Assembly (NCBI GenBank): GCA_964016885.1
Contig: OZ024756.1
Location: 32,054,001 to 32,118,000, forward strand
Direction: 5' to 3'
DNA: 64,000 bases
From: Eledone cirrhosa
Taxonomy: Eukaryota
Positions 1 to 14,743 of this stretch are shown here, one piece after another (the stretch's first letter is position 1; every line of letters begins with the position of its first letter). The translations under genes and the position numbers were made by a program. The notes under the pieces were generated by a model. The model was not told the DNA's origin, searched no databases, and was given only the letters and a program-made list of their open reading frames with translations.

Positions 1-156
1 TTTTTACTTTTTAAAAATCAATAATATATTTGAAGATAACAGAATATTCGTTAGGATTAGCTAACGTAAAACTGTACAACTAGTAATTAAATTCATTAAC
101 ATTAATTAGTGTTGTAAACACGCAACACACGTGGGTTCCAATCAAATACGTATATA

Positions 157-244
<88 letters not shown>

Positions 245-253
245 CATACATAT

Positions 254-300
<47 letters not shown>

Positions 301-419
301 CGTACATATATATGGAGAGAGAGAGAGAGAGAGTGAGCTTTCTCTCTCATTTGATGGGTTTTTCCAACGCCCATTATATATATATATGTGTATATGTATA
401 CGTACATACGTACATATAC

Positions 420-544
<125 letters not shown>

Positions 545-1140
545 CATATATATATATATGTATATATATGTGTGTGTATATATGTATGTATGTATATATA
601 CATATAGCACTGAAAATGCTAGTCACCTTAGTGTGTAAGGTTGCATAAATCTTACATGTATGTATGTAGTATACATATTTTCATTGTATAATAAATAATG
701 ATGATGATAATAATAATAATAATAATACTTATAATAATATTATTAATAATAATGATTATGAGGTTGATAATAACATAATCCTCCATATATTTTTATATAT
801 TTTTATATATCTTTATATATTTGTTATATTTATTTTTATCCTAATATATTTTTTTTTGCCATTTTTAGCAAGCATCACATAGTTTATCACCCAGCGCCGA
901 TGGGATAATTGGTTTCAGATAAGGAAAGACTCTCAAGAAGATATATCTTGAAATACTGCCCAAATAACATAATCAGCCATTCAAATTGATTTTGGCACTG
1001 ATAAGAAAAGAAATATGATAACTTATCCTGAAAGTACAACCACTGACATCGTATAATGCATTAATTCAGGTCGCTTACAACACACTAACATACAAACGCT
1101 CGCTTAGTATATTTTCTTGACACTATATATATATATATAA

Positions 1141-1420
1141 TTGGTGTGGGATATTTAAAGCGTCCGTATGTGGTAGGCCATATGAGCACTTGATGCTCTT
1201 ACAGAGCAGAGTATGAGCTTATGACAACAACAGGATCTAAGCTGTCGAGTGAGGCCCGCAGGTGTAACTGGACATTTGGAAACTCTGCATATTACAATCG
1301 TTTCTCTGGCGACCACCTCGAGGCACGATCGATATAATGATCGAACCTGACTCTGAAATCGCAAGGTCGTCAGATACGTCTCGATTCTACGAAGCAGAGT
1401 TTCTAAATGTCCAGTTACAC
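1141..1420 (-). mobile_element. Fold-back element with tail and hammerhead, between (TA)n and (CA)n
   Basis: 27-bp inverted arms at 1262-1288 (gtgtaactggacatttggaaactctgc) and 1394-1420, 1 mismatch. Left tail has gagCACTTGA at ~1187. Confidence 0.6.
1287..1377 (-). ncRNA. Type I hammerhead ribozyme-like motif with long helix II
   Basis: Minus strand reads gtat-CTGACGA-(long imperfect stem)-GAAA-C-gatt-G-TA|atgc. Helix I is 4 bp. Confidence 0.5.
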
Positions 1421-1438
1421 ACACACACACACACATAC

Positions 1439-1657
<219 letters not shown>

Positions 1658-1695
1658 TATATATATATATATATATATATGCATATATATGCGTA

Positions 1696-1765
1696 GTTTC
1701 CAGTCGGCAAAGAGGTGTAGAACTAATTAGGTTTCCAGTCGGCAAAGAGGTGTAGAACTAATTAG
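1696..1765. repeat. 35-bp direct tandem duplication at the edge of a (TA)n tract
   Basis: gtttccagtcggcaaagaggtgtagaactaattag occurs twice, exactly. Confidence 0.85.
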
Positions 1766-1805
1766 AATGTAATTATGATAATAAAAGGATGTTTTGTCAT
1801 GTCTT

Positions 1806-1933
1806 CATTACGTTTATTGAGAAGTAACTCGCGCTCCGATGAGCTTCGAATTCCAGTGTCGGGCTAGATAGATACAGTCGGACATTGAGCTAATAAATAG
1901 CGAAACACGCGTAACTAGTCAATAAACGTAATG
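1806..1933 (+). mobile_element. Short fold-back element with degenerate hammerhead
   Basis: Arms cattacgtttattga and tcaataaacgtaatg. Inside: CCGATGA-gct...agc-GAAA-C-acgc-G-TA, followed by AATAAA. Confidence 0.5.
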
Positions 1934-1956
1934 CAGACGTAACAGGTTGTTCTTTG

Positions 1957-2079
<123 letters not shown>

Positions 2080-2442
2080 TTATGGTGGGGGGGGGGGGTT
2101 ATGCAGAGAGAAGCTAGGATTTTAGAGGCCTGCACTCACATGAATGCCCCGCCAATGGAAATTGCTGTCATAACCAGAGCAACCTATAACACTAAAAGTA
2201 GATTTCAAGACGCGCATATGATTAATTACCACCATTATATATATATTAGAAAAAGTGTTTCAGATGCGCGTAGTTAGATAACTATAGATATGTTTGTGCC
2301 AGTACTCAATACATGTTGAATAAAGTTAATGTTTAAAGTTTAAATATTTACAGTTTGACTTACATCATGTCTACATTATCATTTGTCTTAGCGTCATTAG
2401 CACATTAGTAATGTAACATTTAGCTCGAACGAGGGACTTTTT

Positions 2443-2528
<86 letters not shown>

Positions 2529-2654
2529 TATATATATAATTGCATACACTGGTACTTGGCATGCAGTGTTTGTTTATTGTTGTTAAACTGTAAAAGTTAA
2601 ATTTATCACCGTGAAGATAACTCGGTATCTTCTTTCCAGTTAAACCGTCAAGTT

Positions 2655-2843
<189 letters not shown>

Positions 2844-3076
2844 GTGTGTGTATATTTTAAAGATGGGCGTAGAAACCAGAGTATAATGTGTGTGTTTGTA
2901 TGTGTATGTACTAAGCTGCTTGAGGTATTACCCGCAGAAACAAATCCCCAGAGGTTAAAGGTAGAACATAGCGATATTAACACATACTAGTTTGTATTCG
3001 TAAGTATTCTGATACAATCTCATAATACTTCTTATCGTCCCTACATAAATCATGCATTCCTTGCATAAATCGTACT

Positions 3077-3121
<45 letters not shown>

Positions 3122-3172
3122 TTCTTCTTCTTCTTCTTCTTCTTCTTCTTCTTCTTCTTCTTCTTCTTCTTC
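3077..3172. repeat. (TTG)n(TTC)n compound microsatellite
   Basis: Read directly from sequence. Confidence 0.95.
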
Positions 3173-3590
3173 TCCCCCTCCTCCTCCCTGACGTTTTCTA
3201 TATAATTTGTGTTATCTTTTATGTAATATGAACCAATGTGTGTTTAGTATAAAATTAAAAAATTAAAGTATAAATCACGGAATTAATACTGGTTAATAAA
3301 CGTTTACTGTTAGAATTAGCACAATGGTCCCTTGTTTCCATTTTAAATGAACTGGTCTTTCACAAAACGTCTTTCAGAAGAGGATCTTTCCGGGTGCACA
3401 CCCATCAACATGATATGGCTAGTAGAATTACTAGGTGATTGTTACTGTCACCGACTCTGGAGTTATCAATGTAACTGATGTTTAATTAAATCATCTGAAC
3501 ATCTTTTTTTTTTCAGACACATTGACATAAGCAACCCTCCTTAATCAGGATAGATCACGGGTCTGCGCCTTGGATTGTGAATTTTGTGAA

Positions 3591-3913
3591 GGAACACGGC
3601 TTAGTGGTTATGTTATTCGGCTCACGATCGTTAAGTCGTGAGTTCGATTCCCGGAGTGTGTTGTATCTTTGAAAAAGACGCTTTATTTCGTGTTGCTACA
3701 ATCAACTCAGTTATCAAAAGTTAGTTGTACCTGTAATTCCATGAGTCAGATTTGTCGCAATCTGAGTCACGTCACGCTGAATCTTCCTGAGAACTATGTT
3801 TCGGTACGCGTGTTTGTGGAAGGTTCAGACACTTGCACGTTAATTTCATAATCAAGCTGTTCCGTTGATCGGGTCAACTGGATGTATCGTCGTTTTGACC
3901 GATGAAATACCAG
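3591..3913 (+). mobile_element. tRNA-derived CORE-type SINE (family B)
   Basis: A-box-like cggcttagtgg, B-box gagttcgattcc, CORE-like gtgttgtatctttgaaaaagac. Homologous to 18720-19000. Confidence 0.75.
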
Positions 3914-4200
3914 TTTATATATATTTAATCAAAGTATGTTACATGGGAAGAATATAAAAATAAAAAAAAAATAAAAAGTCAATATTTCGGGGTCGATAAA
4001 GAAAGTAACATATCGCTGCTTTTCTCCTTCCAGCTGTAACATTCGGGAATATCTGTTGGATTAAAGCAAGGTCGCGAGCACGGGCAGCTAAAAAACGCAT
4101 GCAAAGAATGATACAGGCTACCAAGTCATATTCGATTGGGAGTCACTGCCGTAAAAACTAAATGTATTGAGAACACGAAGGATACAATTCAATTTTGAAA

Positions 4201-4382
4201 TAATAATTGTTTCTACTTTTGGCACTTGGCAATTACCCGAGTGCATTACTGGTGCTTTATTTTATCGACCCCATAGGGATGAAAGGTAACATCAACCTGG
4301 ACGGGATTTGAACTCAGAACGTAAAAGACCATAACTCTCTGCTACAAAAGCATGGTGTTTGACGCTGTACCGATACTGCCAG
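4201..4382 (-). mobile_element. tRNA-derived SINE (family A), first unit of tandem pair
   Basis: Reverse complement has TGGCAGTATCGG A-box, GAGTTCAAATCC B-box and the cctttcatcc...ggggtcgataaaataaag core. Confidence 0.85.
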
Positions 4383-4392
4383 TTTTGAAAAA

Positions 4393-4576
4393 AATAATTG
4401 TTTTTACCGTTTGCACAAGGCCAGCAATTACCCCAGTGCATTACTGGTGCTTTATTTTATTGACCCCGTAAGGATGAAAGATAACATTAAGCTCGACGGG
4501 ATTGGAACTCTGAACGTAAAGGACCATAACCCTATGCTGCAAAGCATGGTGTCTGAAGCTCTACCGATACTGCCAG
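4393..4576 (-). mobile_element. tRNA-derived SINE (family A), second unit of tandem pair
   Basis: Diverged head-to-tail copy of 4201-4382. Confidence 0.85.
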
Positions 4577-4782
4577 TTTTGAAATAATAGTGATGTAAAC
4601 AGACAATATAGATTAACTGTGAACATTATTATCAGACGTGTAAGCATATACAATTTGCTTCGGTGGCTTTCTGATATATGTTGGACTTTCAAAATATATA
4701 TTGAATTTGATTAGATATGATTTTATGTTGGGTAAAACTGAAGTTGATTCATTTACATATTATAAAGATCCACAAGGATTAT

Positions 4783-5340
4783 TATTGGAGCCGGGATGAC
4801 ATACCATTAGAGGGAATAATCGATAATATATATTCCTCCCCTCCCGCCCCCCGCCCCCCCCCCCCCCAAAAGAGAAAAATATTAGTTGAGGCATATCGAA
4901 CATAGTGCCAGCTTTTCGTCGTCAACGAGAATGTTTTCAAATTTTCTGAAACCCTGAGAGACAAAATGGTGGATGGATGAAGGTTGGGCACATTTGATTG
5001 GTCGATAGGGAATCACGTGTTCGATCAATGCATTGTTTATTTTTAAAGTGCGTCTGTATCCATTACAAAACATGTCCAACTGTGGAAATATGACGATACA
5101 ACAATGTTTATTGGTCTGGCTAGACGCCTTCTTCCAATGTTGATTTAGGAGAAGGACCCGTCCTTGAAAACATTCTCGATGACGACGGAAAAGCCGGCAC
5201 TATCTTGGATATGCCTCAACTAATATTTTTCTCTTTTAAAAAAAAAAAAAAATATATATTATCGATAATTCCCTCTAATGGTATGTCATCCCGGCTCCAA
5301 TATGATCAACGCATCGAGTTGAATCTCTATATAGGATTTA
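4783..5340 (+). mobile_element. Fold-back element, ~140-160-bp arms, ~220-bp spacer, right tail
   Basis: 4783-4940 is the reverse complement of 5164-5302 with several mismatches. Tail has AACTCGA on the minus strand at ~5314-5320. Confidence 0.7.
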
Positions 5341-5775
5341 AACCCTACGCTGAAAGAACTAGAATGGGTACCACTTGCTAACTCGCCTGTGGCTTTAACA
5401 ATCGGCCACAACTAGATAGGTACTACTTGCTAACTCAGTTGGGTCCTTAACAATTTGTCACATAACAAACATGGAATTCTTTTCTCTATTTACATGACTG
5501 TAGATCATAATTCGAAGGCAAATGGAGCTGGTATTTCACGCAGTTGACCGAGTTCTTATAAGCTTACTCGCGTGTTGGGTTTCGTTCGTTGGCTCATCTT
5601 TTGAAATTTGTTTTCTGCAATGTGCATCTAAGCCTACATTGTTCTAATATTTATTTTCGTTTATAAGATATTTGGAATAAATAACTGTGTCGACACTCAA
5701 TTATTAATTGTTTGTTACTGTTGTAGTTAGTATGAAAAGAGCAGATATAATTTGTTTAACAATTGATATTGTAGA

Positions 5776-5815
5776 AAAGAGTCTTAACGTTTCGGACATT
5801 AGTCTTTCATCAAAC
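5776..5815 (-). ncRNA. Degenerate minimal hammerhead motif (related copy at ~10436-10478)
   Basis: Minus strand TTGATGA-aagactaatgtcc-GAAACGTTAagactc with palindromic AACGTT. gagtcttaacgtttcggac is shared with 10439-10457. Confidence 0.4.
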
Positions 5816-6414
5816 GATAGAATGAGAAATAAAAGATCAAATGGAAAGGTTGAGAAGAGGAAATAACGGTAAAATTGTTTCAGAAATAACAATTGTATAT
5901 ATGATAATTTCCAGGGTCTCCAACAGAGCCTATTATGATCTTACCAGCGCTTAACGGATCCCATTATCCTTTTCTCGCCTTTCAATAGCAATCGGAATCA
6001 TTTTTATGGCCGAGATAACAGCCCATCATTATTTTCAGGGCTTCAAACAAGATGGCTGACTCGAATACTTGAAACAGTGGAGACTGTTAAAGCAGCAACA
6101 AATTTAGAAATATATTTAGCTCTTATTTCTTGCAGATTAGCAACTACATATATCATTCTCATGCAGATGTTTTTGTGGTTGTTTTGCGCAAATTAAATTC
6201 AATTTTAGATATTACTTTATTTCTTTCACTGTGTTTTGAAAACAGTGGGTTTATCTACCTATACATGAAACCTAACGAAATCCTTCAACTTACCAAAGAA
6301 ATATGATGTTGAAATGATCAATAAAAATTCGATTTAGTCTCATAATATTTCATTTTCTCTACCATTTTAGTTATTCCGTGACTCTCTCCCACCACACACT
6401 CTGTGTATGTATAT

Positions 6415-6500
<86 letters not shown>

Positions 6501-6609
6501 ATATATATATGTTTATATATATATAAACATATATATATGTTTATATATGTATTAATAAATATACATATATAATATATATATATACATATGTATACATATA
6601 TATATATTT

Positions 6610-6659
<50 letters not shown>

Positions 6660-6930
6660 GTGTGTGTGTGTCTGTGTGTGTCTGTGTGTGTGTGTGTGTG
6701 AACAAGGGACTCTGAGTATGTATGTACATGTGTGTGTTTGTATGAGTAATCTATCTATTGATATTTCGTTTATATCTTAATATCATAAATATTATTGGCA
6801 GCTTAGAATAACTTTGGAGGCTGACAATTTCTTCCTCTCCACTTTCAGGATTATGGTAGATAAACGTATTATAAAGTTATCACCACAATAGATGTTTTTT
6901 GTAGATAAATGTCGGTACATACATATATGC

Positions 6931-7020
<90 letters not shown>

Positions 7021-7021
7021 A

Positions 7022-7136
<115 letters not shown>

Positions 7137-7150
7137 TATATATATATATA

Positions 7151-7263
<113 letters not shown>

Positions 7264-7439
7264 GTATATATATATACATATACATATATATATATATATG
7301 TGTGTATATATATAATATATATATATAAATGTCGGCGTACATGCATATACACCAACATATACATATAACATACCTACATATTCATGCGTATGAATGTAAG
7401 TGTGTGTATATATACATATATACATATATATATGTTACA

Positions 7440-7517
<78 letters not shown>

Positions 7518-7719
7518 GATATTTATACATATATTCATGTGTGTATGTGTATCTGAGATAATTCGTTCACATACATACACACATACACACACATACACAC
7601 ACAGACACACACAGACACACACAGACACACACATATATATATATACTAAGATACATATACGCACCCATTTTCCCACACATATATATATATAAGTGTGTGT
7701 ATATGTGATTGGATACATC

Positions 7720-7808
7720 TGTATGTATGTATGTATGTATGTATGTATGTATGTATGTATGTATGTATGTATGTATGTATGTATGTATGTATGTATGTAT
7801 GTATGTAT
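7720..7808. repeat. (TGTA)n microsatellite
   Basis: Read directly from sequence. Confidence 0.95.
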
Positions 7809-8254
7809 GGGTATGTCATTACATATAACTCGTTACTAGCTTGGTGCTAATAACTCTGTTTGGTATTTGCATTTTTTCTAATTCAAATATAATATTTAAT
7901 CTTCAATTTTACGATTCTTCTAATCTTTACATCAATACGATATTATAGATCTGTCCATATCTGATTTTTCGGCCAAATATATAACCACAGAGAAACACAG
8001 ATGCTCATATACAGAAGCACTCACACAGACATACACGCGCTCTCAAATACTCATATATATGCATAAAACACACACACACACATATATATATGCATATGTA
8101 CATATGTGTGTATATATATATATATACTTATATATATAAGTGTATGTATGTCTCTCTCTTTCTTTCTCTCTCTCTCTGTTTGTCTCTCTCTCTGTATATA
8201 TATACACACACAATATATTAACAAATGGAAACTATATTTATAAAACCATATTTA

Positions 8255-8318
8255 ATTTTATTATACATATTTCAAGGGCCACCAATGCAGATTATGGTGT
8301 GCTTTCATCAGATAAAAT
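8255..8318 (-). ncRNA. Type I hammerhead ribozyme, same family as the 46.9-kb hairpin
   Basis: Minus strand attttat-CTGATGA-aag..cacca/tggtg..ctt-GAAA-T-atgt-A-TA|ataaaat with 7-bp helix I. Flanks 8223-8360 align to 46915-47050. Confidence 0.65.
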
Positions 8319-8394
8319 ATAATACAGATTAGTTTTATAAATCAATATTGACATACCCTGAAAAAATGTATCCCAACAAATTAAATATAACCTC

Positions 8395-8474
<80 letters not shown>

Positions 8475-9240
8475 TATATATAGTGTGCTTGCGGAGTAAA
8501 GATCTTGTACTCGATGCACATTGATTGGGTTTATTGCAGAAGCAGAATTCCGAGAGTAAGCCCTATCATTCAACTTTTTTATTTCAATAGTTTGGTTTCA
8601 TTGCCGGGATGATGCGTGGAATTAGGTAACATATTACAAACAGTTGACCATAGGATTGTTTTCTTCACAAAGTTCTATTACTAGCTGCAGAATTTAAAGA
8701 GCAAAGATCAAGTCCAATCATAGGTTGACTTTAACGAGCCATCGTTTTGGCTGCCGACTCTGCTTCTCTTTCCAGCTAACCTTGCTTCCAGGCATAACCT
8801 ACTTACACAACGAGTGCATATAGACAAATGTCTGATTTTTTTTCAAAAATATTCTGCATCTTGTCCAACATTATATAATATATCATTCGATTCATAAGAT
8901 TGTAGATCCCAGTTCTGAGGGCAACAATTTCAAGTACTATATTCGTAGAAGGTTACTCGAGCAACTTTGAAAAGCACTTACTGCTGAAAAACCTAATAAT
9001 TATACACATAAAGATAAATGAAGGTAACTATATCGTGTTTTAATATGAGGTAATAAATGTGTCCACCATGATATAATTGTTTTCATTTCATTTAAATTAC
9101 ACTTAGGATTTCAAAGGCCTTCTTTTCTCACGTAAAACTGAAGGATAATCAAACCAGTACAATCAACAACAACAACAACAACAGCAACAGCAACAAAAAG
9201 ATGAAAACTAGAAACACACATAGATATATGCATATACTTA

Positions 9241-9291
<51 letters not shown>

Positions 9292-9405
9292 AGAGGGATC
9301 AGTGTAATCCCGACCGCGGCGCCGAGCGGCATTGACACGTGTGTTCAGCAAACCCTCTCAGAGAGTTATATACACACACACATACACACACACACACACA
9401 TATTA

Positions 9406-9495
<90 letters not shown>

Positions 9496-9904
9496 GTCAT
9501 TGTGTTAATGAGAAATAATGTTATTGCCATTTTGTTTATTACAATTATCTCCTTTGTTTCCTGTTATCTAATTCTGAATCCAATTACGGACCACATTTTT
9601 TTTCTTTCCCTCACAAATTAATTACGTAATACTAATCAGTACTAACTAACTACACATTTAATTGGTTTCTCTTTTATATCCATATATATATATATCTGTC
9701 AACTTATCTATCTACACAAATACGGATTCGGATTGGATTCGTATTTGTTACAAAAGAATAAATTGATTTATGACGTTGGAGATAAAACACAAAGAGGGAC
9801 AAAATGATGGAAGACAGGAAATAAAAGATGGAAGCTAATAAAATAAAAATATATGGAGGTGTGGGTGGAGACATTGCTAGCTATTATGTTCTTTGTTACC
9901 AAGT

Positions 9905-9915
9905 ATTACTACTGT

Positions 9916-9992
<77 letters not shown>
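9905..9992. repeat. (CTA)n microsatellite
   Basis: Read directly from sequence. Confidence 0.95.
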
Positions 9993-10039
9993 GCCAAACG
10001 AATGAATAGTAGAAAAGAACTTATTGAAACTGATAAAAG

Positions 10040-10075
<36 letters not shown>

Positions 10076-10328
10076 GAAAGAGAGTGAACGAAAGTGAGAG
10101 AGTGTGGGAGGGGGGGGGGATGAGTGGGAGAGGTCAGCAGAGAGGAAATGAAAGGAGTTGATCGTTCGATTGAACCAATGAAACCATGTTTCCATTGGTT
10201 TTTCTATTAATTTCTTTCAGCAGTAGTAATGTGAGACAAATTATTTTGTTCAAGAACACAAGCACCAAACGGTCACAGAATTTAAATCTCACGACGATAT
10301 GAGTACGAATCCAATCTCTAGGCTAGAC

Positions 10329-10436
<108 letters not shown>

Positions 10437-10945
10437 AAGAGTCTTAACGTTTCGGACCGTAAGGCTCTTCTACTATAGAGCAGCGGAAGAAACGATACAA
10501 AAATTAAGGTAAACAATTCTTGGAAAACTGTTGAATACAGCGTTGCTCATGTTTTAAAAGGCTAGGGATAAAAAGAATCTCACCTGTAAAGGAAATCATC
10601 AGTAAGTTAGACATAGCCTGGGCCAATACTGGCCGAAACCTGTCTAAGTTATCAAAGTTATACACTTATTACAAGTGTAGTTGATTGAAAGATAAAAAAC
10701 ATGGAAAAATTACCCATGAATTTTCAAACTCTATGCGTTACAATAATTCGCAAATTCAACGAACAAATTAATCCAAGCTAAAATACGTAGGGTATAGAAA
10801 TGCAAGATAGTGCATCTCTGTATTGAATTCAATTGTATATACCGGAAACTTTGCTTAACTGAAATCTTCCATTAACTATACTATTCAATTTTTATTTGTA
10901 CGCAAAATGAACAATGATAGTATTATACAGACACAAACACACACA

Positions 10946-11048
<103 letters not shown>

Positions 11049-11161
11049 ATGCAATGTATAATATATCTATATCTATATATCTATATATATTATGTAAAAT
11101 ATATCTACATCTATCAATGTATATAATGTCTAATGTATCCATCTATCTCCGTATATATGCC

Positions 11162-11288
<127 letters not shown>

Positions 11289-11297
11289 GTATATATG

Positions 11298-11368
<71 letters not shown>

Positions 11369-11369
11369 G

Positions 11370-11824
<455 letters not shown>

Positions 11825-12190
11825 ATACATATAGAATAGAACGTTGTTTATATATATATATATGTGTGTGTGTGTGTATGCTTTTATTCAATAATTAGAT
11901 AATACGATAATATAAAAATAGTTCGATGAAATTTATTGTCGTTTGCAGATTTCAGATATCAATTATTATTGGTAAACCAAATATTTATGTGGATCTATAT
12001 CATATTAATTTGTTCGATTATTGCCACGCCACTACTAAAGCTCTATGACTATAGTCTGTGTTTGGAATTCATTTCAGTTATCATTGAATAAAAAGGTGTG
12101 TGGTATGGTATGACACCGCCATGGGTCGACATGTGATAATGTGACTGTGTAAATCTATTAGTACACACAGACACAGGCGCACACACACAG

Positions 12191-12599
<409 letters not shown>

Positions 12600-12623
12600 T
12601 ATATATATATATACATATATATA

Positions 12624-12703
<80 letters not shown>

Positions 12704-13458
12704 AATGTGTGTATGTTTGTGTGTGCGTGTGTGTGTCTGCCTGTCTCTCTGTCTGTATATACGCATTTCCTCTGCACGCTTTGATGTTAAACAGTTGATG
12801 TTTACTTTAAAACTTTTCTGACGATGTTTCTAATGAGAAGCTGTCTAATATCTTCACATGTATATAGTTTTAAATATGAAGGGATTTAGTTAAATAACTA
12901 ACATTCTCATTCTAAAGATTATATTTGGAACATAACTTAACAAGGATTCTCTCATAAAATCTTGGCGTACGGTTTTTTATATAACTATACACATACCTTA
13001 AAATAAACAGCTTTGTATTATAGATCTCAGCTTTGTTCCATTTGCTTTGTTATCTAAAGGGTTAAATTGTTAACTGCTCAGCCCCAAGTCAACTGGCATG
13101 GAGCAGGTCTTGGTTTATAATTACACCAGCCTGCTAGCCGTGATCATCCCGTTCCGTTTTATAATTAAGTATACATTATCCAATGTGTCTTCCCATTTTT
13201 AACATGGAGGATTGTGACGTGTTTAGTTCGAGTTATCCTCGATTAACATGGCGGGATATAAACGGTATTCCATAACATCTTATCTTCAGATATAATACAT
13301 TTAGGAATACCCTGTCACTTGAACGTAATACATATTTCTGTTGTTGGTTTGATACAAACGGATCAATCACCTTACGCATTTTAGTCAATCTTGACCCACC
13401 CATCTTACTTTTAGGCATGATATAATTAGGACTACATTACCCAATACATTCATAGGTC

Positions 13459-13946
13459 GGTGTGGAAGTCGGACCTTCGTAAAGACCTGAAGATCCGTCT
13501 CCTCGATGCTACAGTGGAGTCTGTGTTGCTGTACGAGTCTGAGACTTGGAAGCTGACCAAGAAACTCACTCAGCTGGTGGACGGGTGCTACACGAGAATG
13601 CTGGGGATGGCTCTGGACATTAATCAGTAAACACTGAGGATGACGAACTCAGGGCTGTACGGGAGCCGCCCAAAAGTCAGCTCGAGAGTAGCACAGAGGA
13701 GACTGAGGTTAGCTGGACACGTTCACCGATATCCAGAGTTTGACACTGCACTCAGTGCTCCTGTGGGAGCCGCAACACGGACACACTTGAAGAAGGAGAC
13801 CGAGGTTGACATATATTGATGCCCTAAGGACAGACACCGATCCCTTGGAGACGCAGGACATGGCAGCGATGATGAGGGACAGAAACCGCTGGAGAGAACG
13901 CGTCCATGGAAATCGGGAATTTTAACCGCACAAGCCAGATAGATAG
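13459..13946 (+). mobile_element. 5'-truncated RTE-type LINE 3' end (degenerate RT C-terminus)
   Basis: Translates KIRLLDATVESVLLYESETWKLTK...RRLRLAGHVHR with a stop and a frameshift. (AGAT)n tail. 11-bp TSD attcataggtc at 13448-13458 and 13947-13957. Confidence 0.8.
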
Positions 13947-14307
13947 ATTCATAGGTCTATATTCTATGTTATTTGAAGAAAATGCTGTTCATATTTCTAG
14001 CAAGTAGATATACCTATATAGAAACGCACTCGTTGGCTCGCACTCAGCTATTTTATTTTAATACGTGTCGTTGTAAAACCTAACAAAGACAGCAATAAGT
14101 TGTTCTCGGAATATATTACCTCGTTTGTATTTTATCCCGTCCTCTCCTTTCATAAAGCCCTATTGTATCTAATAAAATATTCATCGTCACATGCTCACAT
14201 CAATTATAATAAATATATATGCTTAACTCTAACTGCATAATAAAACGCAGTATAATTCAATGGATTTTAAAAAATATTATTATTATTATCATTATTATTA
14301 TTATTAT

Positions 14308-14420
14308 AGTTGCATTTATCTTGCTTTATGTTCATACGAGTTATCACCAAGTCACAACCAGTGACCTCAAGAGACAACAGGTCTATTTGCATCTATTTTT
14401 TGGTCTGTTTGGATGCTAAA
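14308..14420 (-). mobile_element. Probable 3' tip of another (TAA)n-targeting LINE
   Basis: Sits between (ATT)n tracts. Minus-strand tgaggtcactggttgtgacttg resembles the Dong 3' end tgaggctgcaggtagtggtttg at ~17317. Confidence 0.4.
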
Positions 14421-14444
14421 GTTATTATTATTATTATTATTATT

Positions 14445-14627
14445 GGTGGATTGGCAGTATCGGTAGAGGGTCGGACGCCATGCTTTCCAGCATAGTTACG
14501 TCCCTTTACGATCTGAGTTCAAATCCTGCCAAGGTTGACTTTGCCTTTCATCCTTACGGGGTCGATAAAATAAAGTACCAGTAATGCACTGGGTAATTGC
14601 TGGCCTTGTGCCTAAAGTAGAAACAAT

Positions 14628-14662
<35 letters not shown>
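14445..14662 (+). mobile_element. tRNA-derived SINE (family A), full length with (AAT)n tail
   Basis: A-box tggcagtatcgg, B-box gagttcaaatcc, core gcctttcatccttacggggtcgataaaataaagtaccag, ending aagtagaaacaattat(aat)n. Confidence 0.9.
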
Positions 14663-14664
<2 letters not shown>

Positions 14665-14665
<1 letters not shown>

Positions 14666-14708
14666 TTTCATTTATTAGCCACAAGGGCCGACATGTAGGG
14701 GACAATAC
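14665..14708 (-). mobile_element. 44-bp 3' tip of the Tx1/L1-type family seen at 23468-24276
   Basis: Reverse complement cccttgtggctaataaatgaaat matches cccttgtggttaataaagaaat at ~24254-24275, and both are followed by (ATT)n. Confidence 0.55.

Positions 14709-14740
<32 letters not shown>

Positions 14741-14743
<3 letters not shown>

Noticed and set aside
1696-1765. CRISPR-like repeat (also considered for the 25.5-kb and 30.5-kb arrays)
   Set aside because: No unique spacers, no cas genes, eukaryotic context.
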